Shown here: positions 60,689-64,000 of the stretch, one piece after another
Layout of the letters: each line of letters opens with the position of its first letter
How positions within the stretch are numbered: the first letter of the stretch is position 1
NCBI GenBank assembly: GCA_020638655.1
Contig: JACKIC010000011.1
Coordinates: forward strand, 40,890-104,889
DNA: 64,000 nucleotides
Direction: 5' to 3'
Origin: Planctomycetota bacterium
GTDB taxonomy: Bacteria > Planctomycetota > UBA1135 > UBA2386
Made by a program: the position numbers and the translations under genes
Notes under the pieces: model-generated
The model's database searches: none
What the model was told of the DNA's origin: nothing
Seen by the model: only the letters and a program-made list of their open reading frames with translations

Positions 60689-63376
60689 ATGGCTCATTCT
60701 GCGGCACATCCGGCTCCGGCGCATCCGGCTCCCTTCGTGACTCGTTCGGGCAAAGCAGCAGGTTTCGCACTACTCCTTTCCTTGTCGGGTCTTGCGGGGC
60801 TGACCGTTCTGGCCGGCTGCGGCAGCAGCGGCAGCAGCACTGGCGGGGCGACGATCGGTGGTGTGATGGCGCTGTCCCAGTGCAGCCTCGGTTGCAGTTC
60901 GACCGGGTGTCTGCGCACCGACATCGCGACCAACGAGATCATCATCCTGCAGTTCACGGACAACGTCGACCCGTCGACGGTGAACAGCTCGAGCATCCAG
61001 TTCCGCACGGCGTCGGGTCAGCAGCCTGTCGGCGAGTTCTTCGTCAACGGCAACCAGGTCGAGTTCCTGCCGACGGTGCTGATCTCGGGTCAGCAGACCT
61101 TCTACGGCTTCTCCCCCGGCGAGACCTACACGATGACGATCGTCGGCGGCGAGAACCAGAACGCCGTCGTGCGCAGCACCTCGGGCAAGGCGTTCGCGCA
61201 GCAGCTGTCCTGCACGCTGGTCTCGAACCAGGGCATCATCGACCACAACGGGGTGCCGCCGCGCGCGTCGTTGCTGCAGCCAAACGCCGGCCAGTTGCTC
61301 AATGCGCCGCGCGACACGCTGATCCGCCTCGAGTTCAACGAGATCATCGACTCGACGCCGTTCACTGCGGGCAACAGCCCCGTGATCTTCACCGTGCGCC
61401 GCACGCGCGAGGCGCAGGGCGGCGGTCGTGAGTGCGACGTCGGCTCGCAGCCGCTGACGCTCGCGGGCAGCCAGCGCCTGGACTACCAGCTCGACACCTC
61501 CATCCTGACCTTCACGCCGGCGGCGGAGCTGCCGCCGAACGTCTGCATCGAGGTCAACGTCACCAATGGCGTCGTCGACCTGTCGGGCAAGCCCGCGCAG
61601 CCGCAGACGTTCCAGTTCCTCACCGAGGAAGTGCCGCTGATCGAGATCCCGCTGACCGAGGAGTTCAACAACGACGTGTTCCGCGACCCCGACGCCTCGG
61701 CGTCGACCTGGGCGGGCGGTGTGGCGACCTTCGCCAAGATCGGCGGCGACGGCCGGCACGGCACGTTCTTCGTCGAACTCGGCCAGGACCTCGGCGTCGT
61801 CTTCGGCAAGCGCACCTACCAGATCAACACCGACAACACGGTGATCCCCGCGGAACAGTCCGTGACGGGCAGCCCCGTGGCGGTGACCGACGGTCGCTTC
61901 TACTTCGACACGATGGTCGTGCCCAGCGACGTGCGCATCACCTTCAGCGGCAACAACCCGCCGGTGTTCACGGTCGTCGGCCGGCTGCAGATCGACGGCG
62001 AACTCAACGTCGCCGGTCAGTCGCTGACGACCCTGCCGACCAACGTGGTCGCGGTCGGCCAGCTCGGCGGCCTCGGCGGCGTGTTCGGCGGTCGCGGCGG
62101 CCAGGGCGGTGACAAGTGCCTGGGCGTCGGCTCCAACCCGAACTTCAACGGTCGCAACGGCCAGTCGGCGCGGGTGCGCGGCGGTCACGCCTATGCGACC
62201 TCGGCCAACAACACGGCCGGCAAGGGTTCGCAGCTCTTCCCGACCGACGGCCTCAGCACCAGCCTGATCTTCGGCGGCACGGTCGTGGACTACTCGCCCT
62301 CTGCCGCCGCCGGTGGCAGCGGCGGTGGTCTGCGCGATGTCGGTGAAGACGGTCGCGTGGTCACCAACAACCACCCCGATCCGGTGCTCCTGGTGCCGCC
62401 GCGTCTCGACGCGATGGGCCCCTCCTCGGTCGGCGGTGCGGCGATGCAGCTGTTCCCGTTCCCGCCGGCGACGGGTCTGCAGAAGAGCTCGGACCACTTC
62501 ATGATCGGCGGCGCCGGCGGCGGCGGTGCCGGCAGCCACGCCTGCCTGACGATCGCCCTGGCGCGCGTCTGGTCTTCGGGCGGCGCCGGCGGCGGTGGTG
62601 GCGGTGCGATCGGCCTGCGCGCCGGCGACTCGCTGACCGTCGCTTCGACCGGTTCCGTGATCGCCACGGGCGGCAGCGCTGCGAGCATCTCCGGCGTGAC
62701 CTCGTCGTCCTCGCCGGCTCCCGGCGGCGGCGGTTCGGGCGGTTCGGTGGTCGTGCAGAGCGGCCGCGACGCCGCGATCTCGGGTCTGATCGACGTGCGC
62801 GGCGGCAACGGCGGTGTCTTCAACCGTTCGGCCAACGGCAGCCCCAACCAGGTGCCGCACAGCGCCGCGGTCGAGATCCGCGGCGGCAACGGCTCGCCCG
62901 GCTTCGTGCGCTGCGAGATCCCCGGCTCGCCGACCACGGCGCTACTGGCCACGATGCAGCCGGCGGCCGTCGCCAACAACGTCGGCACCCTGACCGAGAC
63001 GGACGACGCCGTGTCCTTCCGTTCGAAGTTCTATTCGACCGGCCTGCTGTTCGGCCCCGAGTACGCCCGCTACGAGATCCACGCCACCGTCGACGGTGTG
63101 CCGACGGTCTTCAGCGACGACCCGGCGGTCTCGACTGTCGCCGCCACCCAGGGTGCGCCGCTGCGCGCCCTGTGGCAGGCGGCCAACATCAACCTGCTCA
63201 CCAACCTGCCGACCGAGACGCGCCCGTGGCGCACCTCGGTGCGCTCGGTCGGAGGTCAGACCGGCATCGCCTCGGACGGCCTGAACGGCTTCCGCTGGCA
63301 GATCATCCAGGACCGCACCATCGCCCAGGTGGTGACGATCGACAGCGTCTCGGTGTTCTACAAGGTGGCCGAATAG
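60689..63376 (+). CDS. giant predicted lipoprotein E (family 2), paralogue of B
   Basis: ATG at 60689 lies inside ORF 60134-63376, with RBS GAGG. Lipobox 'VLAGC' is followed by 'GSSGSS', a Cys motif 'CSLGCSSTGC' and 'NEIIILQFTDNVDPSTVNSSSIQFRT'. Gly-rich modules include 'GGAGGGGGGAIGLRA' and 'IDVRGGNGG'. Confidence 0.85.
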   Translation: MAHSAAHPAPAHPAPFVTRSGKAAGFALLLSLSGLAGLTVLAGCGSSGSSTGGATIGGVMALSQCSLGCSSTGCLRTDIATNEIIILQFTDNVDPSTVNSSSIQFRTASGQQPVGEFFVNGNQVEFLPTVLISGQQTFYGFSPGETYTMTIVGGENQNAVVRSTSGKAFAQQLSCTLVSNQGIIDHNGVPPRASLLQPNAGQLLNAPRDTLIRLEFNEIIDSTPFTAGNSPVIFTVRRTREAQGGGRECDVGSQPLTLAGSQRLDYQLDTSILTFTPAAELPPNVCIEVNVTNGVVDLSGKPAQPQTFQFLTEEVPLIEIPLTEEFNNDVFRDPDASASTWAGGVATFAKIGGDGRHGTFFVELGQDLGVVFGKRTYQINTDNTVIPAEQSVTGSPVAVTDGRFYFDTMVVPSDVRITFSGNNPPVFTVVGRLQIDGELNVAGQSLTTLPTNVVAVGQLGGLGGVFGGRGGQGGDKCLGVGSNPNFNGRNGQSARVRGGHAYATSANNTAGKGSQLFPTDGLSTSLIFGGTVVDYSPSAAAGGSGGGLRDVGEDGRVVTNNHPDPVLLVPPRLDAMGPSSVGGAAMQLFPFPPATGLQKSSDHFMIGGAGGGGAGSHACLTIALARVWSSGGAGGGGGGAIGLRAGDSLTVASTGSVIATGGSAASISGVTSSSSPAPGGGGSGGSVVVQSGRDAAISGLIDVRGGNGGVFNRSANGSPNQVPHSAAVEIRGGNGSPGFVRCEIPGSPTTALLATMQPAAVANNVGTLTETDDAVSFRSKFYSTGLLFGPEYARYEIHATVDGVPTVFSDDPAVSTVAATQGAPLRALWQAANINLLTNLPTETRPWRTSVRSVGGQTGIASDGLNGFRWQIIQDRTIAQVVTIDSVSVFYKVAE
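62500..62820 (+). repeat. GGN-rich low-complexity coding segment inside gene E
   Basis: It encodes 'GGAGGGGAGS', 'GGAGGGGGGA', 'PGGGGSGGS' and 'RGGNGG', interleaved with short hydrophobic strands. Confidence 0.8.
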
Positions 63377-63486
63377 GCACGACCTGACAGCCGACACCGC
63401 GCCTTCCGAACTACTGCAGCTACACAAGCATCTCCCCGCGCCCTTCCAGCAACTTCCGACCGCGAGCCCCAGGGGCTCCTGATTCC

Positions 63487-64000
63487 ATGCGCAAGACTCT
63501 TTCCCTCGGCGTTCTCTCTGGCCTGCTCGTTCTCGGGCTGGCTGGTTGCTCCGGCAGTGGGTCCGGTTCGGCTGCGTCCGTGAAGGTGCGCTGCGCCGAT
63601 GGTTCCGCGTTCTGCCTGGTCAGCTGCGACCTCGGCTGCAGCGGCACCGGCTGTGCCGTCACGGAGATCGCCGAGAACCAGCGCCTGCGCTTCTCCTTCT
63701 CCGACGCCATCGACCCATCCTCGGTCAACGCCGCGACGGTGTCGATCCGCACGGTGACCGGCGTCGCGCCGGACGGCGACCTGGTGGTCGGCACCAACGA
63801 GCTCGCCTTCGTCCCGCGCGTGCGCACGATCAACGGCGTCAGCTCGTTCGGTTTCCAGCGCAACGAGACCTACATCATCACGATGGCAGCGGGTACGGGC
63901 ACCTCGCAGGGCGTGCGCAGTGTCTCCGGGGACGCGTTGGGCCGCGAGTTCTCGTGCACCGTGGTCGCTTCGCGCGGCATCATCGATGCCGACCAGCAGC
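63487..64000 (+). CDS. predicted lipoprotein F (family 2), 3'-truncated by window edge
   Basis: My own translation from ATG 63487 gives 'MRKTLSLGVLSGLLVLGLAGCSGSGSGS...CDLGCSGTGCAVTEIAENQRLRFSFSDAIDPSSVNAATVSIRT...ETYIITMAAG...FSCTVVASRGIID'. It is collinear with the E N-terminus and open to the window end. Confidence 0.8.
   Translation, partial: MRKTLSLGVLSGLLVLGLAGCSGSGSGSAASVKVRCADGSAFCLVSCDLGCSGTGCAVTEIAENQRLRFSFSDAIDPSSVNAATVSIRTVTGVAPDGDLVVGTNELAFVPRVRTINGVSSFGFQRNETYIITMAAGTGTSQGVRSVSGDALGREFSCTVVASRGIIDADQQ

Overview
High-GC bacterial chromosome segment; I estimate about 68-72% G+C by eye, not computed.

Layout:
- 1-19.4 kb, core housekeeping block: 3' part of a MutS2-like gene, a CheY-like receiver and aroC. 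Then tRNA-Thr(TGT)/Tyr/Gly/Thr(GGT)-tuf-tRNA-Trp-secE-nusG-rplKAJL-rpoBC-rpsLG, the same tRNA order as E. coli thrU-tyrU-glyT-thrT-tufB. The block ends in a strong hairpin terminator directly after rpsG, with no fusA-tuf.
- 19.5-24 kb: a membrane-anchored PDZ-like protein, coaX, a short MnmE-like GTPase and a PyrB-PyrI(Zn-domain) fusion.
- 24.4-38.3 kb, the most unusual part: four very large predicted lipoproteins from two paralogous families in alternating order. A and C are about 1310 aa. B (1153 aa) and D (621 aa) have Ig-like N-termini, and B also has poly-Gly beta-helix-like modules.
- 38.5-48.4 kb: a type IV pilus block of pilD, an OmpA-like coiled-coil lipoprotein, an EF-G paralogue, pilT, pilB, pilC, a TPR protein and a pilin.
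- 48.5-52.6 kb: a three-gene glycosylation module of a GtrB/Ppm1-like GT2, a GT-B and a TMTC/PMT-like GT-C with TPRs.
- 52.6-60.3 kb: tatD, a TPR protein, an AlkD-like protein with a Lys-rich tail, cystathionine beta-synthase, an Arg-rich hypothetical, mogA and others.
- 60.7 kb to the window end: two more family-2 giant lipoproteins, E and the 3'-truncated F.

I saw no rRNA, CRISPR array, transposase, integrase or recognisable defence gene. The many long antisense or overlapping ORFs in the track are GC-rich shadow frames.

Short tandem duplications of 14-19 bp recur throughout. Two of them re-copy the stop codon and last codons of nusG and rpsG.

Taxon cannot be determined without a search. 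The atypical EF-Tu switch I, the pilin N-terminus and the giant lipoproteins make me suspect Planctomycetota or a similar lineage, with low confidence.
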